This document shows positions 43,902-53,597 of a DNA stretch of 64,000 nucleotides, one piece after another. The stretch is taken from positions 14,953 through 78,952 of IMG/VR virus record IMGVR_UViG_3300032257_000006. One strand, written 5' to 3'. The translations under genes and the position numbers were made by a program. Origin of the DNA: a virus. Its lineage: Duplodnaviria; Caudoviricetes. Position 1 is the first letter of the stretch. Each line of letters begins with the position of its first letter. The notes beneath the pieces are model-generated. The model saw only the letters and a list, made by a program, of their open reading frames with translations. It was not told the origin of the DNA and searched no databases.

Positions 43902-45827
43902 GTGGCAGAAGTAAGATATATAGATCCTGATGCAACGGGTGGCACTGGTTCAGGCTTGGATTGGGCAAATGCCTATACTTCAATGTCTGCTTGGAATGCT
44001 GCCGAAGCTAAAGATCTAGTTACTGCTGTTGATACTCATACGGTTTACTGTCGTTCAAGTGCAGGTACTGCTGACACTCAACGTGTAGCAATACTTACCT
44101 CAAGTGGTTGGGTTACATCTGCTACCAATAGAATCACAATAATTGGCGATGCTACAGGCGGTGTTTGGGATGATACAAAATACCGCATACAGCACACTGC
44201 TAATGGCAACTATCAAGACACGATCAGAATCAATTTAGAGGGCGTATCGCTTCTAAATCTTCAAGTCGGTATTCACACTGAAGCTAATACATTTGCTACA
44301 CCAATAAAGCTATTAATTGCAACTGGTGGTGCAGCGGCTATAAACATTGATAAATGTATACTTGCTCCAACCAATGGTGTTGGTGGTACTACTTATGGAC
44401 TTTATGGTGACGGTGCAGCAAAACCTCTTACTGGGTATGTGAGGGTAAATGACACTATAACTTACGGTTATACTCAATACGGCATGATTGTATACAGTAA
44501 TGGCGCAACAATTGATTACGTTAACTGTGTGGCAATTGCCGGTACAAATACAACTGCAACAGGCTTTGGGTCAAACACATCTGTATACAATGCCGTCAAC
44601 TGTATATCTCAAAACAATGTAACCGCTGACTTTGCAACTACCCTTGTTGGCGCATCTTGCACAAATAACTTATCTGAAGACACTACGGCAACCACTATTG
44701 GTACAGCTGGTGTTGCCTCAACTGTACTCACATTTAGAGATGCCGCAGCTAATGACTATCACTTAGCCGCCACAGATACCGCAGCTATTGGTGCTGGTGT
44801 TGGCCCGACCACAAATACAGATGTCCCAACTACGGATATTGATGGAGATGTGAGATCAGGTACAACCACTGATATAGGTTTTGATCTATATACCGCTCTT
44901 GCTATAGCAATGTCTAGCCCAACGTTTGATCTAGCAAAAGACACAGTTAATCAAGTGTACAGAACTGACGTATCTGGGCAGTCTCGTTACTTACTGGTTG
45001 AGAATTTTGTAGCTAATGGTGGCATTACTTTACTAGGATCGACAACCACCAATTCATCCGGCGCTGCATTTATACGTGAGACTGATAAGGTCTGGATAAT
45101 CCATAATGGCACAGCCTATATTGATGAGTACGAATCATCAGACCTGCTTACGCCTATACGACAAATTGATCTAACTACTACACTTTATGATACAGAAGGT
45201 ATTTGTTGGATGGGATATAACTCAACTGATGATGCTTATGAATTCGCTACATGTTCTGAAAATGGTGGAGTTTATATAGTAGAAATAGTTCAAATCACTT
45301 TGGCACAACTTGTAAGTGCATCACCATTTTCAGTTGGAGCTATACAAACCCTTACAATTGCACCTGCTGGCACAAACACAAACTCAGGTGCTGAAGGTTT
45401 AGCATACGATAGATATAACAATGTGTTTTATGTAGTAGGCGAAGGAGAAGAAACGTCTACCTCAAGAAAATTCTACAGGTTTGTTAGACCAACTAACCGA
45501 GTAACTGATTACACTTATACAGATGCAGAACTTACAGTTACTGAACCATTTGACCCAGAGGTTACTTTACCTGCATACAATGCATTATGGGTTTCTGGTG
45601 CAGTGTTTGACTTATCAGATGTATTTTTTCACGAAGGTACAGGAACAGTACTGATTACATCACATCAAGGTGATATGGTAATCCAAGTCGATCCATCAGA
45701 TGGTACAGTATTATCAGAGTTCTCAATAGCGGGACTTCAATGGGAAGGAATAACAATGGTAGGCGATAGATGCATACTTATAGAGGAACCTAGAAGCTTC
45801 CAACTACTTGATTACGTGGCCCCATAA
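43902..45827 (+). CDS. beta-helix-like protein with a C-terminal SdiA-regulated/YjiK-like beta-propeller
   Basis: YIDPDATGGTGSG.DWANAY start and DYHLA...DIDG..R..DIG motif, then repeated blades EGICW, EGLAYD, DLSDVFF and EGITM. Confidence 0.65.
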   Translation: MAEVRYIDPDATGGTGSGLDWANAYTSMSAWNAAEAKDLVTAVDTHTVYCRSSAGTADTQRVAILTSSGWVTSATNRITIIGDATGGVWDDTKYRIQHTANGNYQDTIRINLEGVSLLNLQVGIHTEANTFATPIKLLIATGGAAAINIDKCILAPTNGVGGTTYGLYGDGAAKPLTGYVRVNDTITYGYTQYGMIVYSNGATIDYVNCVAIAGTNTTATGFGSNTSVYNAVNCISQNNVTADFATTLVGASCTNNLSEDTTATTIGTAGVASTVLTFRDAAANDYHLAATDTAAIGAGVGPTTNTDVPTTDIDGDVRSGTTTDIGFDLYTALAIAMSSPTFDLAKDTVNQVYRTDVSGQSRYLLVENFVANGGITLLGSTTTNSSGAAFIRETDKVWIIHNGTAYIDEYESSDLLTPIRQIDLTTTLYDTEGICWMGYNSTDDAYEFATCSENGGVYIVEIVQITLAQLVSASPFSVGAIQTLTIAPAGTNTNSGAEGLAYDRYNNVFYVVGEGEETSTSRKFYRFVRPTNRVTDYTYTDAELTVTEPFDPEVTLPAYNALWVSGAVFDLSDVFFHEGTGTVLITSHQGDMVIQVDPSDGTVLSEFSIAGLQWEGITMVGDRCILIEEPRSFQLLDYVAP

Positions 45828-48800
45828 TGCCTGCTCAGTTTATAAGTGGTGAACAAGTAACAGGTAGTGCGTATGTTGTACCAGCAGGCACAGACCGCCA
45901 GATGTTATACATGGTTACCGGCGAGAACAGTGGTTTTGCCAGTGTACTAACCAATGTAACTTATGGTGGTCAGGCGATGACCCCTATAATTTCTGATGTC
46001 ATTGATGGTAATCAACTTTGGGTTCACGTCTTCATGTTAAATGAAGCCGGTATAGTCGCAGCGACTGACACTAGCTTTATTGAGACTTGGAGTTCAGGTA
46101 CCGTAACGGACACAACATTTGCTTGTACCCTTTCTGGCGTACACCAAGGTGCTCCGATAAATGCACAGTCACTAACCACCCACCTATCAAACGACCCTGT
46201 AAAACCAACCGTATCAGTCGGTGATAATGGATTACTGTTTGAGTTAGTCGGCTCTGGCGGAACCGTAACCAACTGGACGTGGACTAATTTTATAGAAAGA
46301 GTTCGCGATGCTAACTCTGGAAAAGACTTTGCGATAGCTACTCAAGAAGTTGTTACTAGTGGTCTAATACAGACAGAATTTGATGACGGTATTATTGCTA
46401 GGTCATACCTAGCGGCAATTGCATTTAATGAGGCGAATCTAAATCCATACGTAACAAATTTTGTTGGAGCAGGGTCAGGTGCAGATAGTATATATCTAGG
46501 CGAACTAGGTTTACTATCAGGTGCGAACTTTGAAGGGACTCGAAATTCTGGCGTTGTAATACTTAGCCCTACAACCGACATCAATGATGTAAACGCCTAC
46601 ACCGTAACGACATACTCAGGTTGGACAGATGGCAGTATATTCTTCATGCCATCAGCAGACGCTAATTTAAAAATAGGAACACTGTATGCGTTTGTAAGAA
46701 ATAACAGTGGGTTAGAAAGTGCTGCTTTACCTATTACGTTGCTGCCAAAACAGCTTAAAGCATCTAATACTATACAAAGCATTAGTCCACTTGGTATATA
46801 TAAAGATATAACTGGTATAGAGCTTGGTGCTGATATTGTAGAGTACGATACAGTATCTTCAGGCGGTGGAACTGTTACCGTATTGTTGTCTGGTATTGCA
46901 GAGATAGCTTATAGCAGCACTGTACCTGACTCAGATACATTCGGTTTCAGAATATTTGACGACTCACTATATGAATATACTGCAATCAGTACTGCAACTG
47001 TACAGAACGCTGACAAGACAGGCTCAGGTACTATTGCGGCTCAAGATGCTATATCTTCAGGTTCCGGCGAAAGATCAGTTACAGGCTCAGGTACTATTGC
47101 GGCTCAAGATGCTATCTCTTCGGGTTCCGGCGAAAGATCCGTTACAGGTTCAGGCGCAGTTACAGCAGAAGACAGCACAGTTATTGGCCAAGCAGGTCTC
47201 GGCCCACACATAGCCGCATCAAACGGCAGTCCGCCTGCTGTATTTTTTGAAGAAGAGTTCATATTCTGGACGCTGATATACACTACATACAGCATAAACG
47301 ATGGAACTCCTAGTATTGATTTTATAGGTAGTGATCTACCTGCCGGATTAAATAATACCCAAGTCTCTAACAATATAGCAGCATGGCAAGGTACACCATC
47401 TCAAGGAAGTTCAGGGGATTATACTTATAAATCAACAATGACCACTGAATACGGTGTAGTCAGTAATGAGTTCACCGTACAGGTAAGAAAACGCGTTACA
47501 GGCACAGGCGTTGTTGCAGCAGACGAGTCTACAGTTTATGGGTCTGGTACGCTTACCGTAACTGGACCAGGTACAGCCGAAGCTCAAGAATCTAATGTAG
47601 CAGGCGCAGGTTTTATTGCACACACTGGTTCAGGTTCAGCAGATTCTCAGCCATCAATCGTAGATGGCGCATCTGTAAGTGAATATACCTATACTGCTGA
47701 CAATACAAATTACACTGCAATAGTTGCAGGTGCTACTTCTAGTGAAGTAGTTGGTTTAGAAGCTGGTATATATACTGGTGGTTTAGCTGTACCTAGTGGC
47801 GTAACTGTTAAGGCAATAGATGGTTTAGGTAGCGTTTATTTCACGCAAGGCTCAGTCGGAATATCAGGCAGTAACGGCATAATACTTTTAGAAAATACTG
47901 GATCAACTGTAGATGGAATTATAGCGCATACACCAACAGACGATAATTCACACGGTATTATGATTACTGGTGATGGCAATTCACTTTTAAATTGTATTGG
48001 ATACAACGGTGGAAATGCTGTACATAAAATACCATGCTTTGTTAGTGGTAATAATAATTTAGTTGAAGATTCAGGATTCTTCGGTGTAGGTCGTTACTCA
48101 TTCCAAATATTTACAGCAACAGGGAATACAATTAGACGCGTTATAGCTAGATGGGATTCTACAGTTATAAATAATCTAACCCAACCAAATGCTACGTTTT
48201 CTAATTACAATGCAAATAGCACTACGTGGGAAAATTGTGTTGCAATAGACTACAACGCTACACCGGATGAAATGAATTATGGTGGTTGCTTCTACTCACC
48301 ACACAACCAAGGCGTTTGGCCTATTGGTAACAGGGACAATGGTTGGTATGGTTGTATAGTTGCGCACCACGATAGAACTAATGACGCACTACCATTGGGT
48401 GAGAACAACCAAGGGTTTAGATCTGATACAACCAACCCAACAAATTTATGTGTGGATAATGTTGTTAGAGATTTTTATGTACGTGATACTTTGCGTGACA
48501 TTCAAATATATCCATATACACAATATGAATTTACAGATGTTACAAGAGTAGATGTCGATAACATAACCGCCGATGGTACATTTGGTGATGGTGGCCGCTC
48601 TAGTATGACGGCTGGGTCTGGTGCAGATATTGACGTCCAATATATAGATGGCGTAAAAACTGCTACACCACTATGGCCGTTCAAAAATGAAGACATAATA
48701 AAAGCAGAAATGCTAAACATTGCTGACGGCAATCGTGGATGGGCTGCATCTAATGACACCTTAGAAGAATATGTAAAGGGAACTGGCTCAACCATTTCTA

Positions 48801-49540
48801 GTGGATCAGGTTCAGCCGACTCTCAGACAGCTGATGTATCTGGCGCAGGTCTGCGCCTGGTCACTGGTTCAGGTTCAGCAGATTCGGCACCGGCTAATGC
48901 AGTTGGTTCAGGTGATTCAGGGGGCGTATCTACAGGCGACGGCGCTCCAAGTGCACAAACAGCTGCTGCTTCAGGTACAGGCCTACGACTCGTTACTGGT
49001 TCGGGTACCTCAGATTCAGAAAATGCATCTGCTTCAGGTACCGGTGAGTCTGTTGGCGTATCTACAGGGTCAGGTACCCCAAATTCTGAAACAGCAACCG
49101 TTTCAGGTACCGGTTTACGTCTAGTTACCGGTTCAGGTACCTCAGACGCTCAGACCTCTACAGCTTCAGGTACCGGTCTACGACTAATTACAGGCACTGG
49201 TTCAGCGATAGCAGAGCAAGCTACTTCATCAGGCACTGCAGATTTCTTTGGGGTCTTTACCGGCACAGGCGAAGTGAGCGCGGATGACGCAACTGTGTCA
49301 GGTACTGGTATTAGAATAGGAGCAGGCATAGGGTCTCTTGAGGCTGAGGACGCGGCCTGTTCTGGTGTTGGTTTACGTGTTGTGTCTGGTTCTGGCGATG
49401 TTTCTGCAGATGTTGCAAACATTTACCAAACACCACCTAAATTTCAACCTATCGGCCAAAGGTCTGTTCGTGTTAAAGTCGAGTCACTTACAGTATCTAT
49501 CGATACTAATGCAAGTAAACTTACTGTAAACGTAAATTAA
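45827..49540 (+). CDS. large repetitive virion/adhesin-like protein
   Basis: 1237 aa; ~21-aa TGSG...SG.G repeats in two clusters, Ig-like and beta-helix-like segments. Confidence 0.75.
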   Translation: MPAQFISGEQVTGSAYVVPAGTDRQMLYMVTGENSGFASVLTNVTYGGQAMTPIISDVIDGNQLWVHVFMLNEAGIVAATDTSFIETWSSGTVTDTTFACTLSGVHQGAPINAQSLTTHLSNDPVKPTVSVGDNGLLFELVGSGGTVTNWTWTNFIERVRDANSGKDFAIATQEVVTSGLIQTEFDDGIIARSYLAAIAFNEANLNPYVTNFVGAGSGADSIYLGELGLLSGANFEGTRNSGVVILSPTTDINDVNAYTVTTYSGWTDGSIFFMPSADANLKIGTLYAFVRNNSGLESAALPITLLPKQLKASNTIQSISPLGIYKDITGIELGADIVEYDTVSSGGGTVTVLLSGIAEIAYSSTVPDSDTFGFRIFDDSLYEYTAISTATVQNADKTGSGTIAAQDAISSGSGERSVTGSGTIAAQDAISSGSGERSVTGSGAVTAEDSTVIGQAGLGPHIAASNGSPPAVFFEEEFIFWTLIYTTYSINDGTPSIDFIGSDLPAGLNNTQVSNNIAAWQGTPSQGSSGDYTYKSTMTTEYGVVSNEFTVQVRKRVTGTGVVAADESTVYGSGTLTVTGPGTAEAQESNVAGAGFIAHTGSGSADSQPSIVDGASVSEYTYTADNTNYTAIVAGATSSEVVGLEAGIYTGGLAVPSGVTVKAIDGLGSVYFTQGSVGISGSNGIILLENTGSTVDGIIAHTPTDDNSHGIMITGDGNSLLNCIGYNGGNAVHKIPCFVSGNNNLVEDSGFFGVGRYSFQIFTATGNTIRRVIARWDSTVINNLTQPNATFSNYNANSTTWENCVAIDYNATPDEMNYGGCFYSPHNQGVWPIGNRDNGWYGCIVAHHDRTNDALPLGENNQGFRSDTTNPTNLCVDNVVRDFYVRDTLRDIQIYPYTQYEFTDVTRVDVDNITADGTFGDGGRSSMTAGSGADIDVQYIDGVKTATPLWPFKNEDIIKAEMLNIADGNRGWAASNDTLEEYVKGTGSTISSGSGSADSQTADVSGAGLRLVTGSGSADSAPANAVGSGDSGGVSTGDGAPSAQTAAASGTGLRLVTGSGTSDSENASASGTGESVGVSTGSGTPNSETATVSGTGLRLVTGSGTSDAQTSTASGTGLRLITGTGSAIAEQATSSGTADFFGVFTGTGEVSADDATVSGTGIRIGAGIGSLEAEDAACSGVGLRVVSGSGDVSADVANIYQTPPKFQPIGQRSVRVKVESLTVSIDTNASKLTVNVN
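47018..47143 (+). repeat. 63-bp near-perfect tandem duplication
   Basis: Two units, 47018-47080 and 47081-47143, each encoding TGSGTIAAQDAISSGSGERSV. Confidence 0.9.
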
Positions 49541-49552
49541 TAGAGAGGACGT

Positions 49553-49900
49553 ATGGCTACACCTAAAGTTAGAGTAGGAGATGACATCGGCCTTTCGTGC
49601 ACCATCCTACGAGGACTCTCAGCAGTCCCTATTGACCCTTCAGCTGTTATACGTGCAGCTATTGTAAATACTCGCGGCACTAAATCTTACACCGGTTCAA
49701 TTACATTGGACATGGCAGATGTTAATCATGATTTAGAAGACGGTGTTGTATGGGTTGTTATCCCTGCTGCCAATACAGGGACAATGATTCCTGGAAAAGC
49801 TATACTTGAGATCGAAATTGTTGATGCTACTCAAAAGGTTGGTAATCAAACAGCTACATGGACTACGCCAGTGGTGGTAGTTCAGACCACCATAAACTAA
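49553..49900 (+). CDS. second BppU-like Ig-fold protein
   Basis: VRVGDDIGLSCTI...V.V.IPAANT..M.PG.A.LEIEI pattern. Confidence 0.55.
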   Translation: MATPKVRVGDDIGLSCTILRGLSAVPIDPSAVIRAAIVNTRGTKSYTGSITLDMADVNHDLEDGVVWVVIPAANTGTMIPGKAILEIEIVDATQKVGNQTATWTTPVVVVQTTIN

Positions 49901-49913
49901 CTGGAAGAATACT

Positions 49914-50441
49914 ATGCCAAATTATAGTAAGAAGTCTGCTGACAAATTAGCGACATGTAATAAGCCTATTCAGGATCTGTTTGCTCGAGTAGTTAAGCAC
50001 AAAGATAATACAGTTATCTGTGGCCTGCGTACTAAAGCAGAGCAAGAGAAAGCTTTCAGAAACAATGCATCTAAGGTTCAGTTCCCTAACAGCAAGCATA
50101 ATGGTAAAGCACCAAAGCACGACGTATCCGACGGAATAGACGCAGCACCGTACCCAATCCCTAAAGGGTGGGGCGACATCAACGGTATATCTAAAAGTGA
50201 AATCTCGCTGGATTGGAAAGAGCGTTTAAAGTTTTACCAATTTGCAGCTATAGTTACATTTGAATGGTCTGTTATGCAGGCAGAAGATGATAAGTATAAA
50301 GATTGGATTTTAACGTGGGGCGGAGACTGGGACCGCGATGGTGACTATACAGACAATACGTTTGATGATTTGGTTCACTTCCAGATTGTAAAAGCTAAAC
50401 GTAAAGCTAAGAAACCTGTAGAACCTACCGAACAACTCTAA
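49914..50441 (+). CDS. endolysin, M15-family (L-Ala-D-Glu) peptidase
   Basis: CGLRTKAEQ, SKHNG, DAAPYP, TWGGDW and DLVHFQ motifs. Confidence 0.9.
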   Translation: MPNYSKKSADKLATCNKPIQDLFARVVKHKDNTVICGLRTKAEQEKAFRNNASKVQFPNSKHNGKAPKHDVSDGIDAAPYPIPKGWGDINGISKSEISLDWKERLKFYQFAAIVTFEWSVMQAEDDKYKDWILTWGGDWDRDGDYTDNTFDDLVHFQIVKAKRKAKKPVEPTEQL

Positions 50442-50457
50442 CTCCCGAGCACTTAAC

Positions 50458-50910
50458 ATGACTTCAACTGCTAACGAAAAGAAGATGTACACCAAAGACG
50501 AGATGGAAGGCCAACTCGCAATGCAAGGGCTTACACTGGGCTTAAAGACTGTAACAGACGGAATAGCTACGTTACAGAAAACGGTCCAAGACGCTGCAGA
50601 AAAAGGCGAGAGGGAATTCAGAGAAGTACTTTCCGAACTTAAACGAGAGGAAGAGAAGAGAGTGCAGGACAAGAATGAGATACGAGAAGAAATGTTTGAG
50701 AAGTTCATACAGAAGAAAGACTTGAAGATCTACCTGTCTATAATTATTGTCGTTATTAGTGTCACTACCGGCGGTATCCAGTGGGCTATGGGTGTATCTA
50801 CAGCGGCTAAGAACGACCTCTCTAGAGAACTTGATAGAGAACTAGTTATAGAGCGCCTGGAATCTACACTGCAAGCACATGGCTTATCTCCTAGCCCAAG
50901 AGGTAAATAA
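50458..50910 (+). CDS. coiled-coil plus TM protein in the lysis cassette
   Basis: Charged coiled coil followed by hydrophobic IYLSIIIVVISVTTGGIQWAM. Confidence 0.65.
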   Translation: MTSTANEKKMYTKDEMEGQLAMQGLTLGLKTVTDGIATLQKTVQDAAEKGEREFREVLSELKREEEKRVQDKNEIREEMFEKFIQKKDLKIYLSIIIVVISVTTGGIQWAMGVSTAAKNDLSRELDRELVIERLESTLQAHGLSPSPRGK

Positions 50911-50912
50911 TA

Positions 50913-51323
50913 ATGTCTAGTATAATCAGCCAAGAAATGGCCGAAAACCCTGTATTAGTAGACGGTATGCCGTTAGTAGACCAACTTATCGCTACTTACG
51001 GGCCATTGTTACTGGATACTAATCTAATATTTGCTATTGTCTTGGCATGGGCAATCACTGCCTTCGCAAAGCAGTCTCCGATGATCACCGAGACAACACC
51101 TGTAGAGGCGCGACGATTCAAGACCCGTGCAATATCTGCAGTTATCGGGTTTTTCTGTGTAGTATTTATGAAATGGGATTCACTGGACGCTAACCTAGAG
51201 GAAGTTATACAGTTAGGTATACTGGTAGCGTTTACACATGGCTTTATTTACACAGCGTTGTTCGCTGTAATATATAAAGTATCGCCAGCCACGGCTGAAC
51301 TATTAAAAGGGAAATCCAAATGA
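50913..51323 (+). CDS. probable holin
   Basis: 136 aa, three hydrophobic segments, basic C-terminus, next to the endolysin. Confidence 0.6.
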   Translation: MSSIISQEMAENPVLVDGMPLVDQLIATYGPLLLDTNLIFAIVLAWAITAFAKQSPMITETTPVEARRFKTRAISAVIGFFCVVFMKWDSLDANLEEVIQLGILVAFTHGFIYTALFAVIYKVSPATAELLKGKSK

Positions 51324-51673
51324 AGTTTATTTATATGCTGATAGTAGCAATGTTGATGATAGGTTGTGATGCGATAGAAGTCCAAGACATTAACGTGACT
51401 CCAAAATTTGGAACATTGGTAGTCGAAGCTAAGACTTACCGAGTGTTTGATGGGTATGTGGATGACGTAGAGAAGAGGTTTGAGTACGGGGCCGGCAATT
51501 ACGTATGCAATGCAGCTGACCTGTTAGTTTATACGTTCGATGACAACCTGGCATACGTTGGCAATACTGATTTGTCTATGTCCAGCTGTACTACCAAGGT
51601 ATACGACTTAATTATATCTAAAGAAGGTGATCCGACAATCGAGGTCATCTCCAAAGTTCAGATAATTCAATGA
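51320..51673 (+). CDS. putative lipoprotein
   Basis: MKFIYMLIVAMLMIGC signal with terminal Cys. Confidence 0.6.
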   Translation: MKFIYMLIVAMLMIGCDAIEVQDINVTPKFGTLVVEAKTYRVFDGYVDDVEKRFEYGAGNYVCNAADLLVYTFDDNLAYVGNTDLSMSSCTTKVYDLIISKEGDPTIEVISKVQIIQ

Positions 51674-52170
51674 AAGTCTGGGCTTACTTAGCGATCATTG
51701 CCGTACTGCTAGGAGCTGCCGCTGGCATATTTCACGCAGGCAAGGTTAGTGAACGTGTTGCCCATTTGAAGGCAATAGGTGAGCTAAGGGCCGAGTTAGA
51801 TGCGGATCGTATCGAGTACGAAGCCGCGACTAATTCCATGGCCATAGCTTTGTTAACTAAACAAGTAGAAAGAGTAACTGTCTATGAAACGATTACGGAT
51901 GAAATCATTAAGTATGTTAATAATTCCCCTACTTGTGATATTAATTATGGGGCTTACGGGTTGTTGTACGCCGCTTCCACCGATGGAGAGCAAGGTCACT
52001 ATGCCAGCCTTACTGATGCAGAAAAGGCCAGCCCTGCTCTTACCAGCACCGATGCCTTTGCCGTCACAATCAACTGGGCAAAAGCCTACTACGAAACCGT
52101 AGATCAATTGCACCTATTGCAAGATAGGGTAAATGAGCTACGGTGTGTGAATAAGGTCACTCTTCAGTAG
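51670..52170 (+). CDS. inner-membrane spanin (Rz-like)
   Basis: N-terminal TM, periplasmic coiled coil, end of lysis cassette. Confidence 0.8.
   Translation: MKVWAYLAIIAVLLGAAAGIFHAGKVSERVAHLKAIGELRAELDADRIEYEAATNSMAIALLTKQVERVTVYETITDEIIKYVNNSPTCDINYGAYGLLYAASTDGEQGHYASLTDAEKASPALTSTDAFAVTINWAKAYYETVDQLHLLQDRVNELRCVNKVTLQ
51884..52102 (+). CDS. outer-membrane spanin (Rz1-like), embedded in Rz
   Basis: Lipobox LTGC and Pro-rich tail, entirely within the i-spanin in another frame. Confidence 0.75.
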   Translation: MKRLRMKSLSMLIIPLLVILIMGLTGCCTPLPPMESKVTMPALLMQKRPALLLPAPMPLPSQSTGQKPTTKP

Positions 52171-52489
52171 TATCGAAAACAGAACTAGCTGCACCGCACC
52201 AGTCGCAGCTAAGTTCTCCCAGTCTGTTCCCTTTCATAATCTCGTAACCGCATTCAGTACACTTCCCTTCTACTGGAACCATCTGCCGGTCATATTCTGT
52301 TATTGGTTCAATACCAGTTGCACTGCCGATCTGTAGCCCTAGCCACGTTAACCGTCGGTAGGTACCCTTGTTTTGGTAAGGTCTTTTCCAACTATAAATA
52401 GAAGGGTTGTTATCTTCGTCTAGCATCTCTTCAGACTTCTCTATCCAAGGTATCAGGTACCCCAGCCAAAAATATTTAAGTAACTGCAT
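52157..52489 (-). CDS. hypothetical protein with a C-terminal zinc ribbon
   Basis: CTEC...CDWC; converges on the spanin. Confidence 0.7.
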   Translation of the reverse strand: MQLLKYFWLGYLIPWIEKSEEMLDEDNNPSIYSWKRPYQNKGTYRRLTWLGLQIGSATGIEPITEYDRQMVPVEGKCTECGYEIMKGNRLGELSCDWCGAASSVFDTTEE

Positions 52490-52491
52490 AA

Positions 52492-52824
52492 TTACTCCAA
52501 AGGCAATTCGTACTGTTCTACGTCCAGTACACCAAAAAGATCCTCGTTCTCATTGGGCATGTCCGGCCAGTAATGGTTTGATTTGTGTTCGTTCTTAGCG
52601 ACTGTGATGATCTCTAGATTGGCTTCACAGTGTAAGCCCGTAACGTAAGGATGATTGACAGGCACAATGTGATCGACGACCACGTCAAACCCTACACGCC
52701 GCCTCCGCTCAGCTTCCATGTAGAGTTCCCGTATCTTGTCCTTGCCAGCCCAACAAGGAGTTGACTCTACAATCTTGCGACTGCGAGCCAACTCTTTGCT
52801 GATCAGCTTACTCCGCGTGCTCAA
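52492..52824 (-). CDS. HNH endonuclease
   Basis: TPCWA, VDHIVP..HPYVTGLHCEANLEII...NEHKSN. Confidence 0.85.
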   Translation of the reverse strand: MSTRSKLISKELARSRKIVESTPCWAGKDKIRELYMEAERRRRVGFDVVVDHIVPVNHPYVTGLHCEANLEIITVAKNEHKSNHYWPDMPNENEDLFGVLDVEQYELPLE

Positions 52825-52969
52825 TGGTTATCTTCACTTCATTGGGCGGCGTTGACGGTAACGCATCTTTCTTAATATACAGTTGCGGAATGGCTGCATC
52901 TTCAGTTATATATACGTGGGTATTTTTAGTGGACTTACTGAACGTAAGATTTATAACAATCTGTTTCAT
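52808..52969 (-). CDS. small hypothetical protein (53 aa, below track cutoff)
   Basis: MKQIVINLTFSKSTKNTHVYITEDAAIPQLYIKKDALP...; TAATG coupling. Confidence 0.6.
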   Translation of the reverse strand: MKQIVINLTFSKSTKNTHVYITEDAAIPQLYIKKDALPSTPPNEVKITIEHAE

Positions 52970-53352
52970 TACTCTGCCCCTCCAGTGAGATCAGAAACTC
53001 TTCCAGCATTTGCCGCTGCATCAGAGTAGCCATCTTTATAGCGGCCTCCGTCCAATTTTTCAATGTTTCCAACCAAACACTCTTCACGAGTAATCCCCAT
53101 GGCTTGGCGTAGGCCTTCCATGTAGAACTCTAGATCACCAAGTTCTTTAACAACCTTAGTCTTATCTATGTCACGATTGTATGCGACAATTTTCTTTACT
53201 TCGTCAAGGACTTCGCCGCCCTCTCCGCCTACACCTGACGCCATGTGCCACATGTGGATACGCTGAGGTGTCAGTGTTACCAAAATGTCTTCACCTGGCT
53301 TAGCTAATCTGCCAACCATGTCTGAAAAGTTTTCTTCTAATTGATCATTCAT
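52969..53352 (-). CDS. MazG-like all-alpha NTP pyrophosphohydrolase
   Basis: GEGGEVLDEVKK...KELGDLEFY, the ExxE...ELGD signature. Confidence 0.88.
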   Translation of the reverse strand: MNDQLEENFSDMVGRLAKPGEDILVTLTPQRIHMWHMASGVGGEGGEVLDEVKKIVAYNRDIDKTKVVKELGDLEFYMEGLRQAMGITREECLVGNIEKLDGGRYKDGYSDAAANAGRVSDLTGGAE

Positions 53353-53594
53353 TATTTACTCCAGTACTTACTTAGGAAGGCATGCACAATATTGTGCAGG
53401 CCTCTGTTAAAAAATCTTCTCCAGAACAGGCCGCGTACCATAGAGATAGCAGTGAACAAGGCTACCACCCAGAAACTAGGTATGGCCGGTATGCTCGGAA
53501 ATATATAAAACTCATATACCGCCCAAGAAATTAGAAAACCTGTAACCATGTCACATGACCGCTCTATGATCGACTCTATTCTGGATTGGTTCAT
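53352..53594 (-). CDS. small membrane protein
   Basis: QSRIESIIE motif followed by two TM segments. Confidence 0.7.
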   Translation of the reverse strand: MNQSRIESIIERSCDMVTGFLISWAVYEFYIFPSIPAIPSFWVVALFTAISMVRGLFWRRFFNRGLHNIVHAFLSKYWSK

Positions 53595-53597
53595 TAT

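Noticed and set aside
37316-49540. Diversity-generating retroelement acting on tail or adhesin genes
   Set aside because: No reverse transcriptase, and no template/variable repeat pair differing at adenines; the 63-bp repeat is a plain tandem duplication.
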